A DNA stretch of 64,000 nt from Vicugna vicugna (lineage: Eukaryota), in contig MU058584.1 in the NCBI GenBank assembly GCA_013265495.1, positions 5,214,508 to 5,278,507 of the forward strand. The letters run 5' to 3'. The position numbers and the translations under genes were made by a program. Shown here in pieces: positions 39,925 to 53,225 of this stretch. How positions within the stretch are numbered: the first letter of the stretch is position 1; each line of letters begins with the position of its first letter. The notes beneath the pieces were generated by a model, which was not told the DNA's origin, ran no database searches, and was given only the letters and a program-made list of their open reading frames with translations.

Positions 39925-40090
39925 CAGCAGTTGCTTCTGATGAGCAGTGGAGCTTTGACTGGAAAAGGAGCAAAAAGGAATTTTCTAGGGGGACGGAAAT
40001 AAGTCTGTATCTTGATCTTGGTGATGTTAAAAGAGTTTAGTCATTTGTCAAAATTTATTGAGCTATATACTTGAGAGTTGGGTGTTTTAT
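39925..40090 (+). mobile_element. Ancient L1ME-like 3' fragment followed by (TA)n
   Basis: 'ttgactggaaaaggagca...ctgtatcttgatcttggtgatg...catttgtcaaaatttattgagctatatacttgaga'; (TA)n at 40092-40119. Confidence 0.7.
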
Positions 40091-40857
40091 CTATATATAT
40101 ATATATATATATATATATAGGTTTTGCCTCAGAGTACACACACATGTTTGTGTGTGTGTGTATTCGATTTGGAAAAAGAACTTGGCAAAAATCATTCAGG
40201 GATGGGGCTGGCAGTGTGTTTCCTCAGTACAAGTCATCTAAGTTCCACTTTTACTAATGTTATTTTCTTATATAGACTAGGGACAAGGAAGCATTGGATG
40301 GGCTATGTGGGACTTAGCTAATATCACAACATCTATAGCATCAAGGGAAATTGAGGGCTTACTGGCTATATCCAGTGTCCCTTTGTAATGCTTTCATAGG
40401 GCCCCCTTTAATTGCCTAATTGATAACTTTTTGGAAACTGGTCGGCGCTCATCACCAGAACAGCTTCTTTTCCTGAGGATATTCTGGCTCCTGCTCTGGG
40501 GAACATTCTCTTCCCATGGGGCTAAGGAAGTTTTTCTGGGATCCCTGCTCTGTCTGTAGCTTTTGGCATTGTGATTTCAGCTAGCTATACTCACCTGTGA
40601 CATAAATCCTGGCTGAGATACTGGGTGGGGTCCTCGGGATCCAAGGTCCACTGTTTCTACTCTCTAGTTGGTTCTGCCGGTTAAGATCTTTGCAATCTCG
40701 AGCAGAAGCTTGGGTTGAGAAGCCCAGCTATTTTTTTTTTCAGAGGCGCTGAGACTTCCCAGTAGACCCACCAGTAGTCTCAGCTGCTTCTCACACTGCT
40801 GTCAACAAATTCTAGAGAAGCTGTAAGACATGCTTGGGTAGAGACAGACAAAGAACT

Positions 40858-40970
40858 TAAAGTGACCAACTCTTCCCGGTGTAACTAGGACTTTCCGAGC
40901 TTTCACACTGAAAGTCTTGTGTCCCAGTAACCCCCTTGGTTGCAGGTAAAACAAATGATCGGTCATCCTA
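40858..40970 (+). mobile_element. MER81-like hAT-Blackjack MITE
   Basis: 113 bp; TIR-like ends taaagtgaccaac...gatcggtcatccta; central 'cactgaaagtc'. Confidence 0.8.
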
Positions 40971-41451
40971 GGTGTTATCCGTGGGGCTCCCGAAGCACTA
41001 GGAATTGGGGCTACCTAACTTAATCCTCTCATTACCCATTGTATCTTAGAATGACTGTTGATATTTTTGTCTGATTACAAAGTAATACAAACTGATTATA
41101 GAAAATTTATAGAGATGAAAAATCACCAATAGTACCCCTCATTATGCCACATAAATAGTTTTGCACTGTGCTTTTTCACTTAGCAATATAGCATGAAAAT
41201 TTCTCTTATGTCTAAATGTACATCGAAATATGTTTCTTAGTGACTAGCTGATAGCCCAGTGAATCAATGTACCATAAGGTTAGCTATTCCCCTTTGGTTG
41301 AATTTGATTTTGTTTTGTTTTGTTTTGTTTTTCCCTTCTATTCAATGTCTGCTTTACATAAATGCTCTGATCCACATCCTTGTATACAAATCTTCTCTGT
41401 AGTGGTTGGGCATTATCTTTTGACTCCCACCGTGGATCTGCCTTCTTCTCT

Positions 41452-41564
41452 TAGGGTAACCAACTGTCTTGGTTTGCCTGGTTCTGAGGAGCTTCCCAGG
41501 ATGCAGGACTTTCCATGTCAAAACTGGGATAACCCTTGGAACATCAGGACAGTTGGTCACAGTA
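41452..41564 (-). mobile_element. MER81-like hAT-Blackjack MITE
   Basis: 113 bp; tagggtaaccaactgtc...gacagttggtcacagta; centre 'ggactttcc' shows orientation opposite to the 40858 copy. Confidence 0.8.
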
Positions 41565-44500
41565 CCTCCACCTATCTCGGAGGTCACAGGCACCTTACAG
41601 ACTCAGTATTAAGGCATATTAACGGCTTCTAGCTCTGAGCTTAATGTCAGGGACTCCACATTATCTAGAGCAGTGGCCTTTGCACTGTGTCCAAACATGC
41701 AGCACAGTCACAGAGCTCCAGGCAGACCTGAAATGGGGAGCTGGTCTGAATGGGAAGAGTAGATAAGGGCCACGCAGGCAGAATTCCAGGATCATAACCT
41801 CTGCTTCAACCTCAGTAGCTCTCCTTGCAGTCACTTTACACAAACGTTATCTCCAGCTCTCCCAGGAGCCTTGCCAAGTGGGTATTCTCAATCTTACTGT
41901 AAAAAAATGTAGGCTCAGAGAGGGCAAGTGACTGCATACGCCCACCGAGTAAACCTTCCAGGATTTGAGACCGAGTTTCCTGAGCTCCAAAGCTACAGGC
42001 TTTCCCATCATCCAGTGAAGCCTTGATGGAGAGTGACATGCTGCCCCACTCCATCCTGGATTGGGAGATGGAGAGCTCCGGTGTTTCAGGGCTGCAATTG
42101 TCCTCTAGCACAATATCTGGGCACTCTGTCTCCTCCGGGGGAGAGAATGAAGTGACAAAGTGTAAGCTCTCCCGGAGCCTTGGTAACTTACAGAGGCACC
42201 CGGCAGCCTGGGGGCCTGTCCAACTGGAAGGCAGAGACAATTCAAGAACTCAGAGTGAAATTGAGACAAATCATTTTATTTAAGGTTGGTCTGATGGGAT
42301 AACATGGCTTTTGGTCACTCCCCAGTCCAGGGTTGTCAAGGAGGAATATCACACGGTGTGGTGATGGACTAGGGAAAATTGGGGGCAGAGTAAAATTTGA
42401 CCTTATAAAAAGTGACTACAGGAAAAGTGATAGAAGGTCCAGGTGTGGGGCACAAAGGGGGCACAATAACATCATTTGTTGAATTCCAGAAACGAACCAC
42501 ACCCAGGTACTTCAGGTTGCAGGCAAAGTAGAGCCGTAGCAAGAGGTCAGGTGACCGTGGCAACCTTCTAAGGAGAAGGTCTGTCCATGCGTCGGAGTCA
42601 GCCTCAAACTGGGCTATGCGGGAACCATCCAACCCCCAGGAAGAGACTGGTGTGAGCAAGGCTAGATGCAGGGCCCCAGTGAGCAGGTTGGTGTTCAAGG
42701 GTAAGGAGGAGGCCACCCACAGAAGCCCAGGCTCGTGAGTGAGGCTGATGCAGAAGGCCCTACGCGAGGGCGGTGTCAGGGCCCACACACCCTCCCCAAC
42801 TCACCACACAGAGCCAGGGGCAGGGTGTCAGGGAAGTATATTTGTGGAGACAACAGAGGTTCCCAGAAATCTTGAGTCCGGGTCTTAGAGCAGGACTTCA
42901 CTTACCAGACAGTGCCTGAGGAGGCAGGAAGTAAAGGAAAAAGGGGGCTACGGGTTTGATAAGGATCTGGACCCAACTCTGTTAGGATTGCCGAGGCGGG
43001 AAATGTGGCATAGCGGGAGCCTGATGACAGTGGTCACCAGGGATGTAGCTCCAAGGATGCTGGATCTGGATCTGTGTTCAGTTAAGATCCATGCCCCAGG
43101 CTAAATCACTTCTCTGTGAATGCTGTTTAAATCACAAAAGGAAGATGTCCTTGCAAAAACTTCGAACAGAAGTTTCTCAAGTCAAAAAGTAAAAGCACCC
43201 CTCCACCGTTTGCAGAATCCCACTCCACATATGTAGCCAATCAAATCCGTTTGGTACGTATCTTTCCACATATTTTCCCCATATATTTTAACAAAAATAT
43301 AACTCTATAACGTTGTGTTCTGAAATATGGTTTTCTCATTTAATGCACTAAAGACACCTTTTCCACGTCAGTGTATACAAAGCTAACTCATTTCTGAGGC
43401 ACTACGTTTCACAGCGCAATAATTTACATAGCAATTTTCCAACTGACGAGTATTTTTATGTTTAATTTTTTAAAAATTCTACCAACATCAGCATACTTCC
43501 CCGTCATCCTTTTGCATCCACTTGGCAGGGCCACTCCAAGACAGACAGTAAAACATCTGATTTTCCGCCTACCTGGTTTGAAAAATGATGCTGGAGCTGA
43601 TTAATTATCAAAGAATGCAATCCAAGCAGAGGGAGGAGGAAGGAGGAAGAGGCGGAGGAAGAGATGAAATACAGATGCTCTGAGTATTTTCATAGGCATA
43701 TTTATTACGGGTAGGGGTGGTTCGTTATAGTGGAAAACACATGCATCTGAGGGCCATCAGGAGACCTAGATTTGGGGGTTTTTGTCATCACTAACTGGTG
43801 ATCTCTGTTGGCCACAAATCTCATCTTATTACCTATTGAAGGAGGCTAGATTAGATGACCCCTAACTATGGTTATTCTATGGATTATTTAATGCAAGTAG
43901 ATTAAAATTTAGGTGTTGGGTGTGTGTGTGTGTGTGTGTGTACATGCAAACATGCGTGCCCATGTGTCTGAAAAAGAAAGAGCAAAGAAGAAAGAGATTA
44001 TAAAGGGATTAAAGAGAAAGAGACAGTAACAGGGTTTAACACATTTCCTATCCTGAACTTTGGTTCTTTTATAATCCGTATTTCTCACACTCAGAGAAAA
44101 TGGGTCTGTAGATATTGATTTTCATTTTACAATTCATGACAATAAATGTTATCCATCTTTTAAAAAAAGTGTTGGCTGGACTGCTGAGAGGTAGGTCACT
44201 TAACACTTGTATTTGGCTAGTGTCCAACTTGGAGATTTTTGTCTCCAGTTTAATGGGCACTGAGAGAATTTAAGAATTAGCAACGAGGAATCTGCTTTTA
44301 ACATCCTGTTTAAAGCTTCCCCATAGAAGAATAAGGTTAATGAAGATAGTCCAGTGAAAAGGAGATTATCACTTGATCCTGAAGATATGTGTTCTGAATG
44401 CAGTTTCACTGGAGTGAAAAGTTGAGATGTCAGGAAAAAAACACATTTGTTTTTTCCAAATCCATTGCCTGCAAAGCCATTGTTCTTAAGCAATGCTACT

Positions 44501-45130
44501 CCATTCCCCTTTGTTGTATTAAAGTATTGTGTTCCTATTTGGTTACTCTTTTTCTTTGAAATAATATATGAGAGCTAGAGGGTTGAGAAACTTGGAACCA
44601 GGGATGATATTGGCGAGAAGCTAGCATGGATCTTACTGTTTATTGGATTTCCAGGATAGGTTGCACACTTCACTGAAGGACTAGCCTGAGCATAAATGTG
44701 TTCCAGAACCTTCAGTCTATTTGCCCACTCTATTTCCCTCTTATGATGTCCCTCACGTCTCTACACATCTACCTCCTTTCTTTTCTCTCTTCTTTTCTCC
44801 ACTCTCTCCTTCCTTCCTTCAACATTCCCTCCACCCATTCATTCATTCTGTTGAACCAACAGCTTTTGAAGGGAGCACCTCTATATCACAGGCCCTGTGC
44901 ATGGCACTGGGGGGTGCCAAGGTGGATGAACGTGACACCCACCTTCCAGGAGTTCCCATCCTCATCTTTGACCTCTGCTACACTCTTTTTTTGTATGTTT
45001 GTTTGTTTGTTTGTTTTGGCTCTTGTTTTCCTTTCTCTTCACCTCTTTGTCTAAGTTCAGCCCTTCAAACCTGTTCTTCAATCCTCCATAGGTTTGTAAC
45101 AGGAACAAGCACCAATGTATTTTTGCTTCT

Positions 45131-45642
45131 CGTATCAGATTCTTATTGCTGCTGTAAAAAAATTACCACAAACTGCATGGCTTAAAACAATCCAAATGTA
45201 TTATCTTACAGTTCTGAAGGTCCAGAGTCTGATGCAGGTCTCTCTGGGCTAAAATCAAGGTGTCAGAAGAGCTCCATTCCTCTTTGGAGGCTCCAGGGGA
45301 GAACACGTCCTCACCTTTTCCAGCGTCTAGAGGCTGCTTATATTCCTTGGCTGGTGATCCATTCCTCCATCTTCAAAGCCGGCAGTGGCCCTTCAAGGCC
45401 TCACATCAGATCACTCACCCTACCTCTTTTGCCTTCCTCTTCCATCATTTAACAACCCTTGTGATTACACTGGACACACCCAGGTAATCCAAGCTATTCT
45501 TATTTTAAAGTCAGCTATTTAGCAATTCAACCTGTAGCCTTAATTGCCCTAAGCCATGTAACCCAATGTATCCACAGGTTACAGGCATCAGGATGTGGGC
45601 ATTTAGGGGTGGGAGTGGGGGAGCATCTGTCTGCCTACCATA
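45131..45642 (-). mobile_element. MLT1 (MLT1C/D-like) solo LTR
   Basis: 'attgctgctgtaa...ttaccacaaac...ggcttaaaacaa...ttatcttacagttctg...gggctaaaatcaaggtgtcag...ggaggctccagggga...ctgcctaccata'. Confidence 0.88.
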
Positions 45643-45774
45643 CCTCACCCTAGGAGTATTTTCAATTTGACAAGTACCCAACTTTTTAGCTACCAGGATA
45701 AAACTGCCAGATTTCATGACCTCCGTCAAAGGAAAGTTTGAGGATAGTTGAGGGGCATTAAAGCTTTATCTGAA

Positions 45775-45980
45775 AGGGACATGAACTTTGGAGTCAGACA
45801 AGCCTAGGATTAAATCCCAGCTTCTGCCTTGAGAAACCCACTTTAAATTCCCTGAGTCTCCACTTCCTCAACTTTAATTTGAAGATATCTGCTTCACAGT
45901 GTTTTTAAATGGTTAACCGGAGAGACTCTAATCCTAGAAAAAGGGCTTGGCTTATAGGTGCTCAATGGATGTTGCTTTCC
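45775..45980 (+). mobile_element. MIR SINE
   Basis: 'actttggagtcagacaagcctaggattaaatcccagct...ctgagtctccacttcctca...taggtgctcaatggatgtt'. Confidence 0.75.
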
Positions 45981-48559
45981 TTTCTCCACTTTAATTCATC
46001 ACCCCCACATCACATGGGTGGCCCACCTTAGCTGACAGCCACCTGCTTCAATACCTAATCAAGCAACCAGCCAGGATGCACTGAGGACCTACTTTACATA
46101 CGGCACCCGAGGGGACCCTCGGGTGGGATACACCACCATGCCATGCCTTCTTGAAAAGGATGCCAATATGGTTATGGAATCTGTATGTGAACACAAGAAA
46201 GATTAAATAATAATAAAAGATATTTGGTTCCTCAACACTGTAGTCATAAAACTCACCGTAATTAAATTGCCCTCTGATGGGTACCACCATTCAGGAAGTA
46301 AAGAGTTCTGCAGACTGAAGTGAAATGGTTTCACAGACGGGAAGGGGTTTGAGCAAGGCTTTGAAAAAAGAAAAGTCTGATTTAGGCAACGTGTGAGGAG
46401 AGAGAGTTGTAGTTTGTTCTGAGCAAACCCTTTGGATTCTTCCCCCAGTGACCTTCAAAGAGCTTGTTTCCTCTTAGGGAAATGTTCAGCCCAAGACAGG
46501 CTAAGTCAGCCACGAGAACAGCACCAGAGACGGCTGTCTCCCACCTCCGCCCCGCCGACAGCCTACCTCCTCGCCAGACTTACTCTCTCCTCCTTCCTGC
46601 AGCTCAACATGATACAAAACAGCCTCTCTTTTTTTCTGAGATTATTTAGCAGCAGTGCCCCATAATTACAGTAATCTTATCTCCTTCAAATTCACCAAAA
46701 TTACTCCTTTTCTTCATATCACCACCATCGCCCCATGACAGGCATTACTGGTTTGCTTTGTGTAATGGTGCCATGTTGGTTTTTTTAAAGTGACATCTGC
46801 TCAAGTAGACTAATGTTCTAATCGGACTGACTCATTTGGTGGGAACATGTCCAACAGGCCAATGTGAATGGGTTGGGGTGGAGGACGCAGGAAGAGGGAA
46901 GCATTTGGAAGGATATTTTTCGGCTTTTTAGATGAAGAGTATGACTATTTCATTTCCTACAGAAGAGCAGTGGACATTCGTTGTAGCCAGTGGTTGTGCC
47001 TAATTATCGTCTAACATCTGAAATGTACCGTGTTTCAGGATGAGTGAAAATGGTCATGCTTCTCAAATACAACTTGGTGATGCTCATCCACATTTCCTTG
47101 CCCCCGCAACCTGGAGTTTCATCAGTTCGTGTCCTCCCTACCTGTGCTGTCCTCAAGAGAACCTCTCTGAGATTCTATCTGTGCACCTTCCTGCTTTCAA
47201 AGTCTGTGATTTCATAAGTCCAGTGGCTTTTTATCCCTTGGAATGCATCTTCAAGGAGCACTGAGGAGTTGGAGGAGCTCCTGGTTCTCTGCCAGAGTCC
47301 CTTTGCACGTTACTCAGTCCATTCACTCAGGGCTCCAAAGTGCCAGGCCTTGGGCTAGGTCACAGCTGTCCCCAGAGAGCTCACAGTCTTACAGGGCCAT
47401 GACCAAGGGAAACCCCAGGATACCAGAAGACTGACACCCAAAGAAGAGCATCAGGGAGGAGGTGATACGAAGTAGGAGGCAAAGTGTTTATCTCTACTCA
47501 TAAACTTCCAACATTTCTCAATGGCTGTTCCATAATACCCTAACTCCCCTGTCTGGATTTCGAGGTCCTGCATAATCTGATCCCACCAGACATACCCACC
47601 CCATCTCTCTCCCCACCATCATGACTCATCTGCTCCTGTTGGGTTAGCCTGTTCCCTCGTTTTCCCTGTACGCCCCTCTACCACCACCTCCACCAGTAAC
47701 ACCAGCAATTATTCTCAGACCCATGTCACCTTCGGAGACCAATTCTCTTCCTAATTCTTTACGAAACTTCCTCCAACCACACCAGATATTTTATAGCTAT
47801 TTCTGAACTGCCGCAGTACACCTTAGATAATGTACGTTAAAAAATAGTTTAAAGTTTGGAAAGCACAATGCCAGTATAAAGTATTGCTGTTACCTTTAGC
47901 TGGTAGGAGAGCTGTTGAGGCCTTCCCCAGCACTAGATGTATGTCTTCAGGCAAGCTGGTTCTTTAGCTGTAAAGTAGGAAAAACCCTACCGTCACTGCA
48001 GGGCTGTGTGGTTAATCACATGCATTGTGTGCATGTGAGAAGGCTGGTTTGTGGTAGGCAGCTCTTGATGGCATGATGGTAGCAGCAAGGGTGTTGTTTC
48101 TCTCTCAGAGAGGGTTAGTGCTTCCTTGTTCCTTTATTGTTCAGTGGGCCAGGGGAGATGTGCACTGTGGGGTGGGAGCAGCAGAAAATTTGTACGATGA
48201 AAAACAGGTTGGTCATAAGGATAAAAATAACCATCCTTCAGAGCTCTGTAGCTTCCATGTCAAAATTCAGAGAAGAATTATGATATTGTAATGGTGATGA
48301 CTCCCCATTTCCTGTGTCACCACCTCTTGGCAAGAAGACAATGGTTTTGCTCTGACACTCCCTTAGAGACTAAGGGGTCATTGTTTTCTAGCAGACAGTG
48401 TTTATTAGAAATGAAGGCGCTCACCAGCTGAGGGAAGTAGAGATGAAGGAGAGGGGCAGAGTGGCAGCTGCCCTTTCTGGAAGGTACTTTCTGATCTTTG
48501 GAATTAAAAGCTTCTCCAAGACAGTGCTTGTATGCTGAGGCATCAACACAAAATAGTAT

Positions 48560-48791
48560 CTGTAAACCAGAGTGATTTCACCCACACCCCATCACCTCCA
48601 CCCCACCAAGGGCATTTTGCAATGTCTGGAGACATTTTTGGTCATCATCACTTGGCCAAGATGAGGGTCCTATGGCATCTAATGAGTAGAGGCCAGGGAT
48701 GCAGCTAAATATCCTACAGCTTACAAGACAGCACCTCAACTGCGAATTATCTGGCCCAAAATGTCAACAGTGTGGAGGTTACAGAGCCCTG
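48560..48791. mobile_element. MER20 hAT-Charlie DNA transposon
   Basis: 'gcaatgtctggagacatttttggt...tggcatctaatgagtagaggccagggatgcagctaaatatcctaca...aattatctggcccaaaatgtcaacagtg'. Confidence 0.88.
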
Positions 48792-49352
48792 CACTGGAAG
48801 CAGTTATAACCCACAGCCCTGAGTTCCACTCATCCTGTGCTGAATGATCTGAGTCCCAAATCATTTCTCCCCTTGTGTCTTCCCTAGACCCAGAATCCAG
48901 AAGGATCAAATTGGAATTAATTAATGGAAGTCAGTCAGCAAACCTTGAAGATCCAATACAAATGTCACAGCCCCTGTGATTTCTCCCATAGATAGAGCAC
49001 TCCCTTCTATACTGGGCAGAATTTGACCACTTTATTTACCACCAGGGGGTTTTAAGCAAAAGTCCTAATTCACACAACTCCCTTTCCTCCTGGATCTTGG
49101 TGTCCAAAGCATATTAGAGATTCTCTTTCATTTATTCATTCTCAGTCTGGAAGCTAACAAAAGCAGACGCAGTGCCATGGCAACACCATGTTTCAGGAAT
49201 GTCTTTTGGGCATGTAAACTTTTACGGCACCTCTCAAATCCCCTTCTTGAGCAGATACTCGTATTTTCATCCCCATATTCAAAAATAAAATCTCAGTCAA
49301 TAATAAACAGTGTCAGTAGAGAAGGGAAAAAAATACAAAATGACAAATGGAA

Positions 49353-49535
49353 TTGTGTTTCTCAAACCTTGGTAACAAAATCACCTGGAGAAATAGTTAA
49401 AGCAAATTCCTGGACCTTAGATTCAAAGATTCTGATTTACTATATTCGGGAGGAGGCCTGAGATTTTGCATTTCTAACAAGCTCTCAAGTGACGTTGAAG
49501 CTGCTGGCCCAGTGACTACCCTTCCAGTAGCATTA
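49353..49535. mobile_element. MER5A hAT-Charlie DNA transposon
   Basis: 'tttctcaaacctt...aatcacctggag...agattctgattt...ttgcatttctaacaagctctcaagtgac...gctgctggccc'. Confidence 0.82.
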
Positions 49536-51739
49536 CTTTATAACACCAGAAGGATGGAGTCACGTTGATGGAAACTGTCCGTTGTCTTAGACACAACACA
49601 GATGTGGGGCGTTTTAAAATCACAAGCAAAACGTGTTAAAAGCTACAGTTACCCACATTCCTGCGGCAGAAGGATCACTAAAGAACCTGTCGGGAAACAG
49701 AAATTAAGTGGGTGGCTTGAGTAAAGGATCTAGGTGACTAGATGAAAGGGGAATTCCCCAGCCTACAAAGATCCCGGGAGTGCCAGCGGGGATGACTGGC
49801 AGTCTGGGGTCGGAGTCTTCACCAGCCCTTCAGCCAGCTCAGCCAAGGACACAGAGAGGCCCCCTCCCAACTTGGCAACTGCCGTGGTCCCTTCTGAGAG
49901 GTGCCACGGCGGGGGCGGGGGGGGACACGTGGGAGGCTTATCTCCCTTTCCAATCCATCAGAAATAAGCATGTAATACCAGCTAAAAAAAAAAAAAAAAG
50001 AAAAGCATTCTCACGTTCAAGCATAATTTCAGCGCAAGTCTCCTAGGCAGTCCTTCCAGCTACGTTACTATCCCGAGTACTTCCCACACAGAAACACTGA
50101 CGCTCCACTGCCAAGGAGCGTGGGTTCGAATCTCCTCTCCCCCCGCCCCCAGCCCGCGCTAATCTAATCTGCTTCTGTGAAGTCTGGGTGAGATTTCACA
50201 TAGACAGCAGGGCAGGATAAGTGATCTGAAGTAAATTATTGGCTGTCTAAACGTAGACACCAAATTTAGATATTGACAGAGCCTAACAGAAAACTTCCTT
50301 CTTCCTCCTCTCTTTTCCTGTTTCTTTCTCCTTCCTCCTTTATGTCTCCTTCTCTGCCCATCTCCAGGTCCCAGCCTCCACCCCGACTCCTTTCAAAAAT
50401 CAGTGGGCTTTTTAGCAGTATTTCAATTGCATCCTGAGCACCGCTCTCTTTTCTTGACTAAACTGGCAGAACTCAAAGATGTATCCCGTCCTCTCCTTTC
50501 ATAATGGAATCTCTGCCAGGCCTTTCTCTTAATTACCCTGATTGGTCTGTAAGGACTGGGGATCTGCTCCTCAGGGTCCCCCCTCACACCATCTCTGGGT
50601 CCAAATGCCCCAGTCAGAGGATTCAGACCAGGGACTGGCTTCCCACCGCCTGCTTTATCCATGAGCTGGTTGCCTAGAATCTTTCTACCGGTTCAGAGAC
50701 TGAGTCTACACAGTGATGAGCTTACATATCATGTGAAAAGATGGCTTGTTTCTCCTCAACTGCCCCCAGAGTAAGGCTTTGTAAACTGTTTACTTTGAGA
50801 GTTTTCATGCCTAGCTCCACTTCCCCCCAAAACAAAACCTGTCATGGAAAATCTCATCCCTTACTTGGAATTTTGGAATTCTGAGGTCAGGGTTCTGAAA
50901 TCCCTCTCTTTTTTTGTCATATGATATATCTGCCAAACATGTTGTCATGCTTCTGGGCCCAGAGCTCTATCTGGTATCATCTGGGACTTCACTGGGATTG
51001 CTGAGACAGCTGGGTCTCGCCCTCTCTTTGTGTCTCTGTCTCTCTGTCCCTCCCCCTGCTGTCCCACATGGCCCTCCACTGGCGCTCTACACTTGAACTC
51101 TCCAGCAGGAAGGCCAGGCTTCTGACGTAATGGCACATGGCTCCTAAAACTCAGGGCTCCAACAGAGAAAACGCAGGAGCCACCAGTCCTCTGAAAGTTT
51201 AGGCCTAGAGCTGGAGCAGAGTCACTCCCACCCCCTCCTATGGGTTAACACAGGTCCAGACCAGCCCAGACTCATTGTGGGAGGGAACCACACAAGAGCA
51301 TCAAGTGGTGGGAGGTGTGGTTCATTGGGAGACCCTCCTTTGACGCTAGCTATCACAGTTAGAAACTCCAATAGGCCAAATCTCCTAAACCTGAGAAGTA
51401 TCATCAATACCAAATGTATATATAGGTTCTGATGACGAGGACAGCTCGTGCTCACCAGTATCTGTGTTCTCCTGTCTCCCTGAGGATGCCGCAAGACTGC
51501 ATCTTCAGCCTCGCTTCAAATCACGTGTGGCCACATCAGTGGGCTTGATCCAAAGGAATACATGTGGGAGTGCCAGGCCCCACTTGGAGGCCTGGCCTAT
51601 CTGAATGCCCCACTAGGCTAACTGTCCATTATTGGGTCTTGCCTGAACCAGTCTTTATGAGGCTGATTGCAAAACGATGACTTTCCGACTGTAGCATCCC
51701 CTCCAGTCAGTACTCAGCATTACTGCAGGCAAGAGCCCT

Positions 51740-53225
51740 CCCTTCTCACCCATTTACTTATTTAACTGTCTATTTATTATCAATATGATCTTATTATTGC
51801 CCTTAATTATTTTGGTGTTTAAGTTGTCCCAGATTTGGTCAATGAGAGCCCCTGCAAGTTGGACCTTGTGTCTTTTTTGTGTACTTTAATTCCCTTACTT
51901 TCCAACATAATAAAATATCTCGTTTTTATACCTCATGTTATCCGAGCCCTGGGATCTGCCATTTCTCTGAGGAGCCCTGATTCATTTTATTGGGAAATGG
52001 TCTTTGAAACCAAGATGAACTAATTGCTATCGGTGCTGTTGGGGTGGTTTTGCTTCTAGATCCTTTCTGTGGACAAAGCTAGAAAATATATGAATGTTTG
52101 TGTATCTACATATACAAACCTGTACATAAATCTGTGTTTATTCAATATATATGCAACTACATAAACATAGTTTAGAAGTAATGAGTCATACAGATAACAT
52201 TAAATATTAAATATAGTCTATCTATACAAGGTTTTTTTTTTTTTTTGCCTACTCCCCTTCCATATATGTACCTTATCCATAACAAGCTATCTGGACCCCA
52301 GCAAAACTTGAAATTGCCACACACTGGCAACTATTAACATAGCATTTACATTGTATTAGGTATTATAAGTAATCTAGAGATGATTTAAATTATACAGGAG
52401 GATGTAGGTGGGTTATATGCAAATATTACTGTATTTTATATAAAGGACTTGAGCATCCATGGATTTTGGTATCTGCGGGGTGGTCCTGGAACCAATCCAC
52501 TGCAGACACCAAGAGAGGATTATACATATTTTAAATATATAGTACATTAACATACTTCCAAAAGGCAAAAATATACCTAGAGATATTTTTATTCTCTCAG
52601 AATAATTCTTGTGCAACTCCCTTCCATATCCCTTCCAACACCTCTTGTAGGTAGCCAACTTTATTGTTTTCTGGTTTATTCTTCCCATGTTTCTTTTTGT
52701 AAAAATAAACAACTATATGCATATGGGGTTTTTAGTTTCATCATCTGTTTTACACAAAGGGTAACATACTATATTTGGATGCTCTTTCCTTTTCTTCACT
52801 TAACACTGTCTCTTGGTCATCACCACTCAATGTTAGTTTATAGAGAGCCTTCCAATTTTATTTTATTTTTTTGCAGCTTTATAGCAGTCCATTATACGAA
52901 AGTACCATGGTTTACTCAACCAATCTCCTATATTTGGACATTTAGGTGGTTCCAAGCTTTTACAGTTAAACAGTGCTGCAATAAATAACCTTTTGCATAT
53001 ATAGTTTTCTTGTTAGAGGTATAGCCTCAGGGTAGACCCTTGGGTTGAAGGATAAATAAACACTGACAATGTCACCCCCGTAGAGTTTGTAACATTCTGC
53101 ATTTTCACCAGCAATATATGAAAATGCCTGTTTCCCCAGCCTCACTAATATAATAGAATGTCAAGCTTATGGATTTTTGCCACTTGATGGGTGGAAAATA
53201 GCATCTCATCTATAGCTATTGTGTA
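51740..53225 (-). mobile_element. Ancient L1 (L1MC/ME-like) fragments
   Basis: 'gttgtcccagatttggtcaatgagagcccctgcaagttgg', 'tggacatttaggtggttcca', 'ttctgcattttcaccagcaatatatga'; interrupted by MER2. Confidence 0.75.
52329..52524. mobile_element. MER2 TcMar-Tigger DNA transposon (partial)
   Basis: 'catagcatttacattgtattaggtattataagtaatctagagatgatttaaa...ggacttgagcatccatggattttggtatc'. Confidence 0.88.

Noticed and set aside
51068..51087. CTCF-like motifs (also near 49038 and 62920)
   Set aside because: Partial matches by eye only; not supportable without PWM scoring or ChIP data.
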